NCBI GenBank assembly: GCA_024229515.1
Contig: JAAESI010000010.1
Span: forward strand, 1-64,000
Source: Pseudomonadota bacterium
GTDB taxonomy: Bacteria > Myxococcota_A > UBA796 > UBA9615
DNA length: 64,000 nt
Direction of reading: 5' to 3'
The notes under the pieces were generated by a model that had not been told where the DNA came from, ran no database searches, and saw only the letters and a list, made by a program, of their open reading frames with translations. The position numbers were made by a program, and so were the translations under genes. This document shows positions 20,437 through 30,336 of this stretch, one piece after another. Every line of letters begins with the position of its first letter. The first letter of the stretch is position 1.

Positions 20437-20586
20437 CGACGCGCGCTGCAGCGGCTCGTCGAAGTACGGGGCGGCAGCCGCGGCCGCTCGGGGAGGGCGG
20501 CAAACGGCAGCTGCTGGAACGGTCGTCGGGTCGGGACCTGCGCGGTCAAGGGGGGGCTCCTCGGAGCACGCGAGTATAGTCCCGCC

Positions 20587-21972
20587 GTGGCCCTCGATCC
20601 CCACCTCGACACGCAGCGGCTGACCTCGGACGGACGCCGCCTCCTGGACTCCCTCGGCCGCGAGGTGCTGCTGCGCGGCATCAACTGCGGCGGGCGGAGC
20701 AAGTTCCCGCCCTACTTCCCCTTCGCGTTCGTCGAATCGGGGGTGCCGGGGCAGGACCTCGCGCCGACCTTTGCCGAGGCGATGGAGGCCTACTGCGACC
20801 GGCTCACGGGATGGGGATTGAACACGGTCCGCCTGCCGTTCTCATGGGAGGCGCTGGAGCCGACCCGAGGCACGTTCGACGAGCTCTGGCTGGCCCGCTA
20901 CGTGGCGCTCACGGAGGCGATCGGGCGGCGCGGGCTGCGGGTCATCGTGGACTTCCACCAGGATGTCTTCGGACGCCCCTGGTACGGCGACGGCTTCCCC
21001 CTGTGGGCGTGCGATCGGCCGCTGCTGGAGGTGCCGTCGCACAGCCCGAAGTGGTTCATGGGGTACGTCAACAGCGACGACGTGCGGCGGAACTTCGACC
21101 GGTTCTGGACGAACGACGACGGACTCCAGGACGCGTTCGAGCGGATGTGGACGAAGATGGCCTCGACGCTGTCGGTCCTGGACGCGGTGGTCGGCTTCGA
21201 GGTCTTCAACGAGCCGGCGTGGGGCACTGCGGACCCAACCACGTGGGCGCAGGAGGTGCTGACGCCCTTCTACTCGCGGATGGCGGCTCACCTGCACGAG
21301 ATCGCGCCGGACTGCCTCGTCTTCTTCGACGTAACCGGGTTGGACGCGATCTCGGGCACCTGCGCCCTGGAGCGGCCCAACGGCGAAGGGCTGGTGTTCG
21401 CGCCGCACTACTACGATCCCTCCGCGATCCTGGAGGGCAAGTACAACGGCGAGGGCGACATCGACGGCCCCCTGGCGGCGTGGGCGGCCAAGGGGCGGGA
21501 GTGGGACGTACCCGTGCTGGTGGGCGAGTTCGGCATCGATCCCGGTGGCCTGGGCGCGGCCGAGTACGTGCGCGGCAACTACGCGGCGCTGGACGCGAAT
21601 CTGCTCCACGGGACCTTGTGGGAGTACAGCTCGACGTTCGACGACTGGAACGACGAAGCGATGTCGGTGGTCGACGGCGAAGGCAACGAGTGGCCGACGA
21701 TCTCGTCGCTGGTGCGGCCCTACCCGTCGGCGACGGCGGGCACGCTGCAGGCGTTCGAGTACGACCCGAAGTCGCGCGAAGGGACTTGGACCTTCGAGGC
21801 GAGCGCCGGTGGCATCAGCGAGTTGGTGGTCCCGCAGCGGCTGTACCCGGGCGGCGTCAGCGGCTCAATCGAGGGCTCCGCGGCGTCGATGCAGAAGGAC
21901 GGTCCCCGCCAGCGGTTGATGGTCCGGACCGACGCGGACGGCCCGATGGTGGTGAAGTTCGGGCCGGCTTGA
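20587..21972 (+). CDS. Glycoside hydrolase family 5 (cellulase-like)
   Basis: GH5 acid/base motif FEVFNEP and nucleophile region VLVGEFG; GTG start inferred (no in-frame ATG near N-terminus); no signal peptide. Confidence 0.7.
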   Translation: MALDPHLDTQRLTSDGRRLLDSLGREVLLRGINCGGRSKFPPYFPFAFVESGVPGQDLAPTFAEAMEAYCDRLTGWGLNTVRLPFSWEALEPTRGTFDELWLARYVALTEAIGRRGLRVIVDFHQDVFGRPWYGDGFPLWACDRPLLEVPSHSPKWFMGYVNSDDVRRNFDRFWTNDDGLQDAFERMWTKMASTLSVLDAVVGFEVFNEPAWGTADPTTWAQEVLTPFYSRMAAHLHEIAPDCLVFFDVTGLDAISGTCALERPNGEGLVFAPHYYDPSAILEGKYNGEGDIDGPLAAWAAKGREWDVPVLVGEFGIDPGGLGAAEYVRGNYAALDANLLHGTLWEYSSTFDDWNDEAMSVVDGEGNEWPTISSLVRPYPSATAGTLQAFEYDPKSREGTWTFEASAGGISELVVPQRLYPGGVSGSIEGSAASMQKDGPRQRLMVRTDADGPMVVKFGPA

Positions 21973-23208
21973 GCCTCGACGCCGGCGCCACATCAGCCCC
22001 AGCACGACAAGCCCCCGCCCGGCGCCCCTCCCCTGCCCCGCCGAACAGCCCTCACACCCATCATCATCGTCGTCCCCGAACCAATCGGTGTCGTCGTCGT
22101 CGTCCCCCTCGGCCGAGTCGTCGTCGTCGCCGGGATCGATCACCGCATGCAGCGCGTCCCACACGATCGGGCAGACCTCCGCCGCGACCGAGTCGGCCGG
22201 GCATGCCCGTTCCTGCACGTCGTCGAAGCTGACCAGCGCCTCCCACGCAAGGCCGTCGTCCGTCGTCGAGAACTGCGGCAGCACCGGGTCGTGGCCGCAG
22301 CCCAGGAGCACGTCGCCGGCCAGCGCGAGGCAGGCGCTGGGGCCCCCCACGATCAGCGGTTCGATCTGCTGCCCCGGCTCCAGGATGTGCAGGCCCGCGT
22401 TGTCCGTCACGAGGTAGATCGACTCGTCGAACTGCGCGGCCGTGCGCGCCGGCGAGTCCAGCAGCGCCAGCGTCTGCGCGTTGCTCGTGAAGTCCGCGTC
22501 CAGGCCGATGAAGAAGGGCGTGCCGCCGACGTCGAAGGCGGACAGGTACAGCACCTCCCCGTCGTCGCGAAACAGCGACAGGATCGGGGAGTCCCAGCCC
22601 TCCAGCTCGTGCGGCGCAAGCCAACTGGCACCGCCGTCGTCGCTGCCGATGATGACGTACTCGGTCGTCGCGGACCGCAACGCCACGCCCCGGATGCGAA
22701 GCCCGTCCGCCGACATCGCGATGCGCCCCAGGGCCAGCGTATCGAGCCCCGGATCCGCCGCTTCGACCCAGGTCTCCCCGCCGTCGTCCGTCGTCCAGAT
22801 CACCTGATCGACCCCGACGGTGCCCCCGACCGCGACGATTCGATCGGGGACCGCCCGGTGCGTCGCCGCGGCCGTCACGAAGACGTCCTCCAGGGGACCC
22901 GGCACCGGATCCCAGGTGCAGCCGCCGTCGTCGCTCCAGCGCATGCCGAAGGGGGTGCCCGCGAGCACGCGGCCGTCGCCGCGACGGGCCCAGAAGGTCG
23001 GCTCAAGATCGATCCCCAACGCCTCCTCGCAGGTCCACCGGGGCACACCATCCTCGTCCAGCAGGATCAGCCCCCAGGAGGTCCCGCCCCCCACGAAGGC
23101 GCCGTCCTCGACCATCGGGGTGGTCCCGAACAGCGTGCCCCCATGAGCGAACGCCCCGGCCGGCAAAAGCCAAGCGATTGCCAAAGCTGTCAGGGCGTTG
23201 CGAAGCAC
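21865..23208 (-). CDS. Secreted BNR/Asp-box repeat protein with MYXO-CTERM sorting tail
   Basis: Signal peptide; BNR repeats (SDDGGCTW, TTDDGGETW, SDDGGASW); C-terminal DDDDGCEGC...GLVVLGLMWRRRR is a MYXO-CTERM-type signature. The ORF continues 36 aa past RRRR and overlaps the GH5 3' end by 108 nt. Confidence 0.7.
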   Translation of the reverse strand: MLRNALTALAIAWLLPAGAFAHGGTLFGTTPMVEDGAFVGGGTSWGLILLDEDGVPRWTCEEALGIDLEPTFWARRGDGRVLAGTPFGMRWSDDGGCTWDPVPGPLEDVFVTAAATHRAVPDRIVAVGGTVGVDQVIWTTDDGGETWVEAADPGLDTLALGRIAMSADGLRIRGVALRSATTEYVIIGSDDGGASWLAPHELEGWDSPILSLFRDDGEVLYLSAFDVGGTPFFIGLDADFTSNAQTLALLDSPARTAAQFDESIYLVTDNAGLHILEPGQQIEPLIVGGPSACLALAGDVLLGCGHDPVLPQFSTTDDGLAWEALVSFDDVQERACPADSVAAEVCPIVWDALHAVIDPGDDDDSAEGDDDDDTDWFGDDDDDGCEGCSAGQGRGAGRGLVVLGLMWRRRRGSSRPELHHHRAVRVGPDHQPLAGTVLLHRRRGALD

Positions 23209-23234
23209 CGACGGAACCTAGCGCACCGTGGTAA

Positions 23235-24137
23235 TTGAGGGCCATGCGTCCCCTTGCCCTTCTGCTCGCCCTGCTCCTCCCCGTCCTCGCGTGCACCCCC
23301 ACGGAGCCCGAGGACGAGTCCACTCCGCCCGCCGAGGACGAGCCGGACGCACCGGCCGAGCTCGCCGAGTTGACCGACGGCGAGTGCCCCGATCTGGAGG
23401 ACGGCACCTCCTCCTTCTCCAGCGGCGGCATCGAGCGCACCGTCACCCTCATCGTCCCCGACGGCGACACCGCGGGCATGCCGGTGATGTTCTTCTGGCA
23501 CTCCCTCGGCACCACGGCCGCGGATTGGGCCAGCTGGTTCCACCTCGAGAGCTTCGCCGAGGACAACGGCGTCATCGTCGTGCTGCCGGACTCGCGCGAG
23601 AACGAGCCGTTCGAGTGGGACTGGGTCAACCCCGACGAGGGCGACTCCCAGCTGTACGACGACCTGCGCACCTGCGTCGTCGAGGGGTTCGACGCCGACA
23701 TCACCCGCGTCTACGCCTCCGGCTTCAGCGCCGGCGCCGTCTGGGTCACGTGGCTGGCGATGCACCGCGCCGACACCCTCGCCACCGTCTACGCGATGTC
23801 CGGCGGCACCGTCGTCAACCTGCCCTACACGGCGCCGTCCCGGCAGCTCCCCGTCTTCCTCATGAGCGGCGGTCCCTCGGATGTCTGGCCCAACGAGCAG
23901 GTGCCCGTGGCCGACTTCGAGACCGCGACCCAGGACTTCAGCCAGTCCCTGCGGGACGACGGCCACTTCGTCGTGCAGTGCCAGCACAACGGCGGCCACA
24001 CCCCCGGCCCCGGCGCCGAAGGGATGATGGAGGACTGGATCATGGCCCACGAGTTCGACGTGACGTCACCGTGGAACGGCGGCGGGCGCGATGGCGATGA
24101 CTTCGAGGACTACTGCTGGCTCCCCGAGGCGGACTAG
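23235..24137 (+). CDS. Esterase/PHB-depolymerase-family lipoprotein (alpha/beta hydrolase)
   Basis: Lipobox LPVLAC; nucleophile motif GFSAGA; 300 aa. Confidence 0.7.
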   Translation: MRAMRPLALLLALLLPVLACTPTEPEDESTPPAEDEPDAPAELAELTDGECPDLEDGTSSFSSGGIERTVTLIVPDGDTAGMPVMFFWHSLGTTAADWASWFHLESFAEDNGVIVVLPDSRENEPFEWDWVNPDEGDSQLYDDLRTCVVEGFDADITRVYASGFSAGAVWVTWLAMHRADTLATVYAMSGGTVVNLPYTAPSRQLPVFLMSGGPSDVWPNEQVPVADFETATQDFSQSLRDDGHFVVQCQHNGGHTPGPGAEGMMEDWIMAHEFDVTSPWNGGGRDGDDFEDYCWLPEAD

Positions 24138-24146
24138 CGCGAAGGC

Positions 24147-24815
24147 TCAGTCGCCCGGCTGGCAGTCGTTGAGGCAGGCCAGGCCGATCTCCAGGTAGTC
24201 GTCGGCGCACGCGTTCGGCAGGCCGCGCGTGATCAGCTGGCAGGTGTAGCCGGCGGGGCAGGTGCCCACGCCCGTGCAGCTGACGTAGCAGGTCGGAACC
24301 CCGAAGTAGTTCATGCACACCTGATCGTCGCCCCCGCACCCGGGGTTGCCGAGGATCAGGTCGTCGCAGGTGGTCGAGGTGCCCTGCTCGTCGATGACGT
24401 TGCTGGCGAGGCTGCAGGAGTTGCAGTAGGCGCCCTCGGCCTCCTCGCACTCGCCCGTGTCCTCGTTGCAGACCTCACCCCAGTCGCAGTCCAGCACCGA
24501 GCTGCGGCAGCCGTACTCGACGCACTCGCCGTCCTCGCAAGTGCTCCCCGCGAAGCAGTCCACGTTGGTGTTGCAGCCGTCGACGCACTCGTAGGCGTTG
24601 GCGTCCACGTCGCAGATCTGGCCCATCACGCAGTCGGTGGTCGACAGGCAGTCCACCGCGTCGCAGGTGCCGTTGGTGCACGCGAACAGCTCCCCGTCCT
24701 CGGCGGGGCAGTCCGTGGCGTCGTAGCAGGTCTGCCCCCCGCGGCGGGCGGGGCCGCAGGACAGGAGGCTGAGGGTCAGCAGCAACAGGCTCAGGGTCGG
24801 CAGCAGGCGCATCAT
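24147..24815 (-). CDS. Cys-rich repeat secreted lipoprotein
   Basis: Lipobox LLSCG; ~38 Cys in 222 aa in repeating CxDGC / TDC patterns. Confidence 0.55.
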   Translation of the reverse strand: MMRLLPTLSLLLLTLSLLSCGPARRGGQTCYDATDCPAEDGELFACTNGTCDAVDCLSTTDCVMGQICDVDANAYECVDGCNTNVDCFAGSTCEDGECVEYGCRSSVLDCDWGEVCNEDTGECEEAEGAYCNSCSLASNVIDEQGTSTTCDDLILGNPGCGGDDQVCMNYFGVPTCYVSCTGVGTCPAGYTCQLITRGLPNACADDYLEIGLACLNDCQPGD

Positions 24816-25832
24816 CTAGAACAGCTCGTAGTGCAGGACGATCTGGGAATCGACGGGCGGAAGCGACGTCAGGTCGGTGAACTCGATCCGGTACAGGTCG
24901 GCGTCCGCGTCCTCGATGTACTCCCAGGGGAACTCACCGTCGTCGGTGCCTTCGGGGGGAACCAGCAGCCCCTCCCCTTCGGCGGCGGGATCGCCGGGGA
25001 TGAACAGGCGCATCTCCAGGCTCTCGGGCTTGGGCCGACGCTCCAGGTCGAACGCGGCGAGGAGGCGGGAAGCGGCCAGCCCCATCTCGTTGACCACGTC
25101 GGCAAAGTCGTCGTCGCAGATGCTGCCGACCACGCCACCGGTCTGCACCGCGATGTCGTGGTAGCGGTAGGAGGCGGCCGCGTTCGGGTTCGTGGTGGGG
25201 CCGCAGTTGGCGGGCTCGAGGGTGTCGGGGTCGATGCCAATGAGGGCCGAGGCGTTGAACGCCTCCCGGTCGAACTCGTCCTTGAGCCCGCGGAAGAAGT
25301 TCACGTAGCTGTTCACGCCGTACTGGCTGATGTCTTCCTCGTCGCTGACGAAGATGATCGACAGCAGCGCGTCGTCCCGGAGGAAGCCCTCGTTGTGGCC
25401 CTCCAGCAGATCCTCGCTGAACGCTTCGGCGGCCGCGTCGAGCCCCTTCTCGTAGGGCCAACCGGCGGTGCCGACGTTCACGTTCTCGCGGAAGACGTCG
25501 TCCGCGTCGTCGGTGTTGCGGTCGATGATCCGGTCGCTGCCGCTGCCCACGAGCTTGCCCGAACGCACGTACGCATCCGTGTCCGTGGTGATCACCCCGA
25601 TGTGGTAGTCGACGTCGGCGATGTCGAAGAACTCGACGAATCGGTCGAAGCCTTCGCCGAGCTTGGCCTGCTCGTCCAACATCGAGCACGAGTCGTCGAC
25701 CACCAGCAGGATGTCTACCTCGGTCGGCGGCGCCTGGAAGAAGACGGCGCTGATGCCGGGGCGGATGAGGGTGGACTCGTTGCAGCCGACGGCGGCTACG
25801 GCGAACGCGAGGACAAAGGCTAGGCGTCGCAT
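24816..25832 (-). CDS. VWA-domain lipoprotein
   Basis: Lipobox AAVGC; MIDAS-like ILLVVDDSCSM motif; immediately upstream of the Cys-rich lipoprotein. Confidence 0.6.
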   Translation of the reverse strand: MRRLAFVLAFAVAAVGCNESTLIRPGISAVFFQAPPTEVDILLVVDDSCSMLDEQAKLGEGFDRFVEFFDIADVDYHIGVITTDTDAYVRSGKLVGSGSDRIIDRNTDDADDVFRENVNVGTAGWPYEKGLDAAAEAFSEDLLEGHNEGFLRDDALLSIIFVSDEEDISQYGVNSYVNFFRGLKDEFDREAFNASALIGIDPDTLEPANCGPTTNPNAAASYRYHDIAVQTGGVVGSICDDDFADVVNEMGLAASRLLAAFDLERRPKPESLEMRLFIPGDPAAEGEGLLVPPEGTDDGEFPWEYIEDADADLYRIEFTDLTSLPPVDSQIVLHYELF

Positions 25833-25854
25833 CCGCGAAGCCTAGCAGAGCGCC

Positions 25855-26757
25855 TCATTTGCCCCCGCGCTTCTCCTCCAGCTCTTCCAACGTCCGGGGC
25901 CATTCCTTCTTCATCAGCCGCGACAGGCTGCGGTCCGCGAGCAGCTTCCCGCCGTTCTGGCACCTGGCGCAGTAGTTGGACTCGTTGCTGGCGTAGCGAA
26001 TCCGCTGCACGGGCGAGCCGCACACGGGGCACGGCTCCTTGAACTTCCCGTGGACCGCCATCTCCTTGCGGAACGCGGTCACCTTGTCGGGGAAGCCGTC
26101 GCCGACCTCCTCCCGCATCCGGTCGGTCCACTCGGTCAGGATCACCCGGATGGAGTCATACAGCCGGCCGATCTGTTCGTCGTCGAGGCGGCTGGTCCAC
26201 GTCACCGGGCTCAGCTTGGCGCGGTGCAGGATCTCGTCGCTGTAGGCGTTGCCGATGCCACTGAAGAGGTGCTGATCGGTCAACGTGCGCTTCAGGGTGT
26301 GGTTGCGGCTGCGGAGCTGCTCGGCGAACTGCTCCACGGTCGAATCCAACACTTCGATCCCGCCGCGGTCGTGCTCGGCGACCGCCTCGTCCCCGCGCAC
26401 GAGGCACAGGGACGCCCGCTTCTTGGTCGAGGCTTCGGTGAAGATGAGGGAGCCGTGCTCGAAGTCGAACGCGGCGAGGCCGATCTTGCCAGGCACCTTC
26501 GCGCCGGCCTCCTTCCAGCGAATGCGGCCCGAGACCATCAGATGCATCACGAGGCGCAGGTCCTCGTCGAACTTCCAGATGATGCGCTTTCCGATCCGCC
26601 GGAACCCCTCCACGGTCCGGCCGTTCAGCGCGGAGATGGGCGGGTCGAAGGTGCGGAGCAAAAAAGGACTGGCGAGACGGATCCTCGAAAGGACCCGTCC
26701 CGCCAGCAGGGAGTTCAGGCGCTCGACGTAAACGGTGACGTCGGGCAGCTCAGGCAC
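25855..26757 (-). CDS. Fpg/Nei-family DNA glycosylase (formamidopyrimidine/endonuclease VIII)
   Basis: N-terminal MPELPDV catalytic Pro2/Glu3, H2TH region, C-terminal zinc finger [25 protein letters not shown]. Confidence 0.85.
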   Translation of the reverse strand: MPELPDVTVYVERLNSLLAGRVLSRIRLASPFLLRTFDPPISALNGRTVEGFRRIGKRIIWKFDEDLRLVMHLMVSGRIRWKEAGAKVPGKIGLAAFDFEHGSLIFTEASTKKRASLCLVRGDEAVAEHDRGGIEVLDSTVEQFAEQLRSRNHTLKRTLTDQHLFSGIGNAYSDEILHRAKLSPVTWTSRLDDEQIGRLYDSIRVILTEWTDRMREEVGDGFPDKVTAFRKEMAVHGKFKEPCPVCGSPVQRIRYASNESNYCARCQNGGKLLADRSLSRLMKKEWPRTLEELEEKRGGK

Positions 26758-26764
26758 GGTTCCG

Positions 26765-27316
26765 CTACTTGCGGTTCCAGCGCATGGCCTTCTCTTCGCC
26801 TTCCTTGTTCCAGACCATCGTGTCGCCGTCCCAGGAGACGGTGAGGGTCTCGGACTTGCCTTCGGCGTCCGTGGACGTGATGGCGTCGCCTTCCATCGTG
26901 TACTTCACGTCTTCGGTGTTCTCGCCCATGGCCATGGTCATGGTGTCGTCGGTGATGGTCAGGCTCATGGACTCGAGCATGGCGGTCATCATCTCGACCA
27001 TCGCCTTGCTCATCTGGTCCTCGGGGTTGGCCTCGAGGGCGGCCTTGGCGGCGTCGAGCTGCGCCTGCTCTTCGGCGCTCATCGAGATGCCCCAGGTGCC
27101 CTTGATGTCGCCGGCCTCACCGCCACCGGTGCCACCCTCAGCGGGAGCGGCCTCAGCCTCGGCGGGAGCAGCGTCGGCCGGAGCGGCGGCCGCGGGGGCG
27201 GCGTCGTGGCCGGCGTCCGCAGCGGGCTCACCGCCTCCGTCATCGCCTCCACAGCCGACGAGGGTGAGGGGAGCGGCGAGCGCCAGGGCGATGAGCATGG
27301 TACGGATGCTGGACAT
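26765..27316 (-). CDS. Hypothetical lipoprotein
   Basis: Lipobox TLVGCGG; Ala/Pro/Glu-rich linker then Met/Thr-rich domain. Confidence 0.5.
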   Translation of the reverse strand: MSSIRTMLIALALAAPLTLVGCGGDDGGGEPAADAGHDAAPAAAAPADAAPAEAEAAPAEGGTGGGEAGDIKGTWGISMSAEEQAQLDAAKAALEANPEDQMSKAMVEMMTAMLESMSLTITDDTMTMAMGENTEDVKYTMEGDAITSTDAEGKSETLTVSWDGDTMVWNKEGEEKAMRWNRK

Positions 27317-27412
27317 GAATCTTGGGTCTCCTCTTTCGTCCGGGGGTCGGACCGAGGGACCCTACAACAGGACGCGGAATAAAGTCCTTCTTGGCCCTTA
27401 CTCCCTCACAGC

Positions 27413-27910
27413 ATGACAGCCGACTTCGCCAGCCTCCTCGCGCTCCACCTGCCCCGTGTCCATCGGGCTGCTCGCGGCCTGACTCCGAATGAGCAGGAGG
27501 CGGAACAGTTGGCTCAGGACGCGCTGACGCGGGCCTGGGCGGCGCGCGATCGCTACGACCGAAAGCGGCCCTTCTACCCCTGGCTGTACACCATCGTGCG
27601 CAACGCCTGCCGCGACGCCGCCGCCCGACGCAAGCACGTCGCCAAGCCTGGCCTGATCGTCGAAGCGGTCGCCGCCAGGGCGCCCTCGGCGTTGGCCCAG
27701 CTGGAGAGTCAGCGCGCCGAGGCCAAGGTCCGCGCGGGCCTCGCGCGACTGTCCGATGCCCAACGCGAGGTGTTGGTGATGCGTCACTTCGAAGATTTGA
27801 GCTACGCCGAAATGGCGGAGCTCCTGGAGGTGCCGATCGGCACCGTGATGTCCCAGCTGTACCGAGCCCGCCAGGCCCTGACCCGGGTCCTGGCTGAGGA
27901 GGAAGCATGA
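27413..27910 (+). CDS. ECF (sigma-70 family) RNA polymerase sigma factor
   Basis: Region 2 (FYPWLYTIVRNACRD) and region 4 HTH (LSDAQREVLVMRHFEDLSYAEMAELLEVPIGTVMSQLYRARQAL). Confidence 0.85.
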   Translation: MTADFASLLALHLPRVHRAARGLTPNEQEAEQLAQDALTRAWAARDRYDRKRPFYPWLYTIVRNACRDAAARRKHVAKPGLIVEAVAARAPSALAQLESQRAEAKVRAGLARLSDAQREVLVMRHFEDLSYAEMAELLEVPIGTVMSQLYRARQALTRVLAEEEA

Positions 27911-28341
27911 ACCCCGAGCGATTCGAAGAACTCATGGTCAAGGCCGTCGACGGCGTGACCTCGGGAGCCGAGCGGGAGGAGCTGATGAGCTACCTCGCCG
28001 ACAAGCCCACCGAGCGCGCGGAGTTCGAGGCCCAGTTGGCGCTGAAGGCCGTCACCGACGGCTGGATGACGCGGCTGGAGGCCGATCTGATGGTCGACCG
28101 GGCCGAGGCGAGCGTGCCCCGTCGGGCCGTCCACGGACTCGGCGTGCTGCTCGTGGCCGTTGGCCTCGCGGTGCTCAGCTTCGCCGGGCCGATCCTCGCC
28201 ATCCAGGACCCCGAGGTCCCCTTCGCCCTCAAGGCCGGCATCGGCCTGTCCATCGGCGGCTCCGCCGTCTTGGCCCTGGCGCTCGTGGCCGGGCGCCTTC
28301 GCGACCGCAAGCATGACCCCTACACCGAGGTGATTCGATGA
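27907..28341 (+). CDS. Putative anti-sigma factor (single-pass membrane)
   Basis: ATGA start overlap with the sigma factor; N-terminal anti-sigma-like helix (MVKAVDGVTSGAEREELMSYLADKPTERAEFE); two hydrophobic segments. Confidence 0.5.
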   Translation: MNPERFEELMVKAVDGVTSGAEREELMSYLADKPTERAEFEAQLALKAVTDGWMTRLEADLMVDRAEASVPRRAVHGLGVLLVAVGLAVLSFAGPILAIQDPEVPFALKAGIGLSIGGSAVLALALVAGRLRDRKHDPYTEVIR

Positions 28342-28769
28342 ACGACTCCAAGCTCCCCGAGGGACAGGCGCTTGCGCCACTGTCCGCCGGGTCCCCGGCC
28401 GTGCGCGCCGCCGCCGACCTGGCCAACCGCCCCAGCGATGGACCGCTGGTGCTGACCACCGACGAGGTCCCCGCGGGGTACCGCGTCGTCCGCACGGTCG
28501 GCCTCGTGCGTGGCAACACCATCCGAGCCCGACACGTCGGCAAGGACATCATGGCGGCCTTCCGCACCCTCGTCGGCGGCGAGATCACCGAGTACACCAA
28601 GCTCATGGCCGAGAGCCGCGAGCAGGCGGTCGACCGCATGCGAGCCGAGTGTGTCGCGCGCGGGGGGAACGCAGTGCTCGCCGCGCGCATGACGACCTCG
28701 ACGGTGATGGGCGGCGCGGCGGAGATCCTCGCCTACGGCACCGCCGTCGTTGTCGAGCCCGAGGGCTAG
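28338..28769 (+). CDS. ybjQ: YbjQ/UPF0145 (DUF74) family protein
   Basis: GYRVVRTVGLVRGNTIRARHVGKDIMAAFRTLVGGEITEYTKLMAESREQAVDRM...VLAYGTAVVVE matches the YbjQ family; translationally coupled to anti-sigma gene. Confidence 0.8.
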   Translation: MNDSKLPEGQALAPLSAGSPAVRAAADLANRPSDGPLVLTTDEVPAGYRVVRTVGLVRGNTIRARHVGKDIMAAFRTLVGGEITEYTKLMAESREQAVDRMRAECVARGGNAVLAARMTTSTVMGGAAEILAYGTAVVVEPEG

Positions 28770-30220
28770 TCCTTCGTCTGCACGGTCTGGCCGGGGGCGA
28801 TCAAGGGCGCCTCCTGCTCGGCGAGCCAGAACGCCGTCAGGGTCATCGCGGCGACGTTCCGCTTGAACACCTGGGGGTCGATCTTGTCGATGGTGTCGGC
28901 CTCGGTGTGGTGGATCGGCCAGTAGCCGGAGGTGTCGAGGTCGAGGCCCAGGCCGACCACGCCACGCTTGGTCAGGGGCCACACATCCGCCCCCGCGCCG
29001 CCCTTGCGCAGGCCGACCGCGCCGGTGGGGGCGAGTGCCTCCAGCAGCGGGGCGAGGTGCTCGGCGGCGGCGTCCCAGTTGGCCGCCACGGCGTCGTCGT
29101 CGGCGCCCGCGCGCACGTCCAGGCGCCAGCCCAGGGGTTCACCCGATCCGATGTCCGCTTCCAGCGCCGCGTAGTGCTGGCCGATGGACGCCTCGTGGGC
29201 CTCGGCGTAGCCCTTGCCGCCGCGCAGGCCGTTCTCCTCGTTGGTGTAGAGCACCACCCGGACGGTGCGCCGGGGGGCGATGGCGAGCTCGCCGATGAGG
29301 CGCCCCGCCTCCATCGCCATGACGCAGCCGGCGCCGTCGTCCTGGGCGCCCTGGCCCACGTCCCAGCTGTCGAGGTGGCAGCCGACCACGACGACCTCGT
29401 CGGGCCGCTCGCGCCCGACCACCTCGGCGACGACGTTGGCCGACGGAACGTCCTCGTGGGTCTCCGCGGCCATGGAGAGGCGCAGCCGCACGACCACACC
29501 GCGGTCGGCGAGCCGGTGGATCGTCGCGGCGTCTTCGATGGTGATCGCCGCGTGGGGAATCCGGGGGGCGGGGAGGTCATCGGTGCCGTAGTGCATCGCC
29601 CCGGTGTGGGGCGTCTGCAGGCTCTCGGGCGTGACCGATCGGATCAGGGACGCGACGGCCCCCACCGTGGCGGCTTCGTGCGCGCCCCGGCCGCGGTACT
29701 GCACGGTCTCGCCGTAGGTGGTGAAGGGCACATCGAAGAGCACGATCTTGTCCTCCGCCTCGGCGGCGCGAGCGGTCAGCTCGTCGAATGAGGAGACGAC
29801 CAGCACGTCCGCCTCGATCGGCCCGTTCGGCGTGCCCACCGAGCCACCGAGCCCGAGCATCGGCAGATCCCGCTCGATCGGCGCGAGCATCGTCACCGAC
29901 TCCTCCCCGCGCACCCACCGGGGCACGAGGATCTCCTCGGTGTGCACGTTCTCCAGGCCGTCCTCGGTCAGCCGGTCCACGGCCCAGGCGATGGCGGCGT
30001 CCAGCTGCGGTGAGCCGGAGATGCGGTGCCCGATCCGGTCGCAGAGGTAGATGAGGTCCTCCCACGCCCGCTCGGTCGACAGCGCCCGGCCCAGCAGCAG
30101 AGGCATGGACTCGGCGAGGTAGGCATCCGAATCGACGGCCTTGGCCCGGCGGCGGGCTTCGGCCGCGGTCACGGGGACAAAGAGGACGAGGAGGAGGAGG
30201 AAGACGGTCGCGCGGCGCAT
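28766..30220 (-). CDS. M28-family secreted aminopeptidase
   Basis: Signal peptide MRRATVFLLLLVLFVPVTAAEA; M28 zinc ligands (HLDSWDVGQGAQDDGAG, NEENGLRGG, HHTEADT); shares CTAG stop with convergent ybjQ. Confidence 0.8.
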   Translation of the reverse strand: MRRATVFLLLLVLFVPVTAAEARRRAKAVDSDAYLAESMPLLLGRALSTERAWEDLIYLCDRIGHRISGSPQLDAAIAWAVDRLTEDGLENVHTEEILVPRWVRGEESVTMLAPIERDLPMLGLGGSVGTPNGPIEADVLVVSSFDELTARAAEAEDKIVLFDVPFTTYGETVQYRGRGAHEAATVGAVASLIRSVTPESLQTPHTGAMHYGTDDLPAPRIPHAAITIEDAATIHRLADRGVVVRLRLSMAAETHEDVPSANVVAEVVGRERPDEVVVVGCHLDSWDVGQGAQDDGAGCVMAMEAGRLIGELAIAPRRTVRVVLYTNEENGLRGGKGYAEAHEASIGQHYAALEADIGSGEPLGWRLDVRAGADDDAVAANWDAAAEHLAPLLEALAPTGAVGLRKGGAGADVWPLTKRGVVGLGLDLDTSGYWPIHHTEADTIDKIDPQVFKRNVAAMTLTAFWLAEQEAPLIAPGQTVQTKD

Positions 30221-30336
30221 GGTGGCGGAGGGTAACGCAAGGCGTAGCAACGCCGCGCAGCGACGGAGGCGCGTAGTCCCAAGGACGACGATGCAAGGCG
30301 CTCCGCGCCGAGAGGCGAAGCCCTCGAGAGCGCGTC

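Noticed and set aside
28766-28769. Shared CTAG stop of convergent ybjQ and M28 genes as a functional element
   Set aside because: A 4-bp palindromic stop overlap is a common compaction feature. No further structure.
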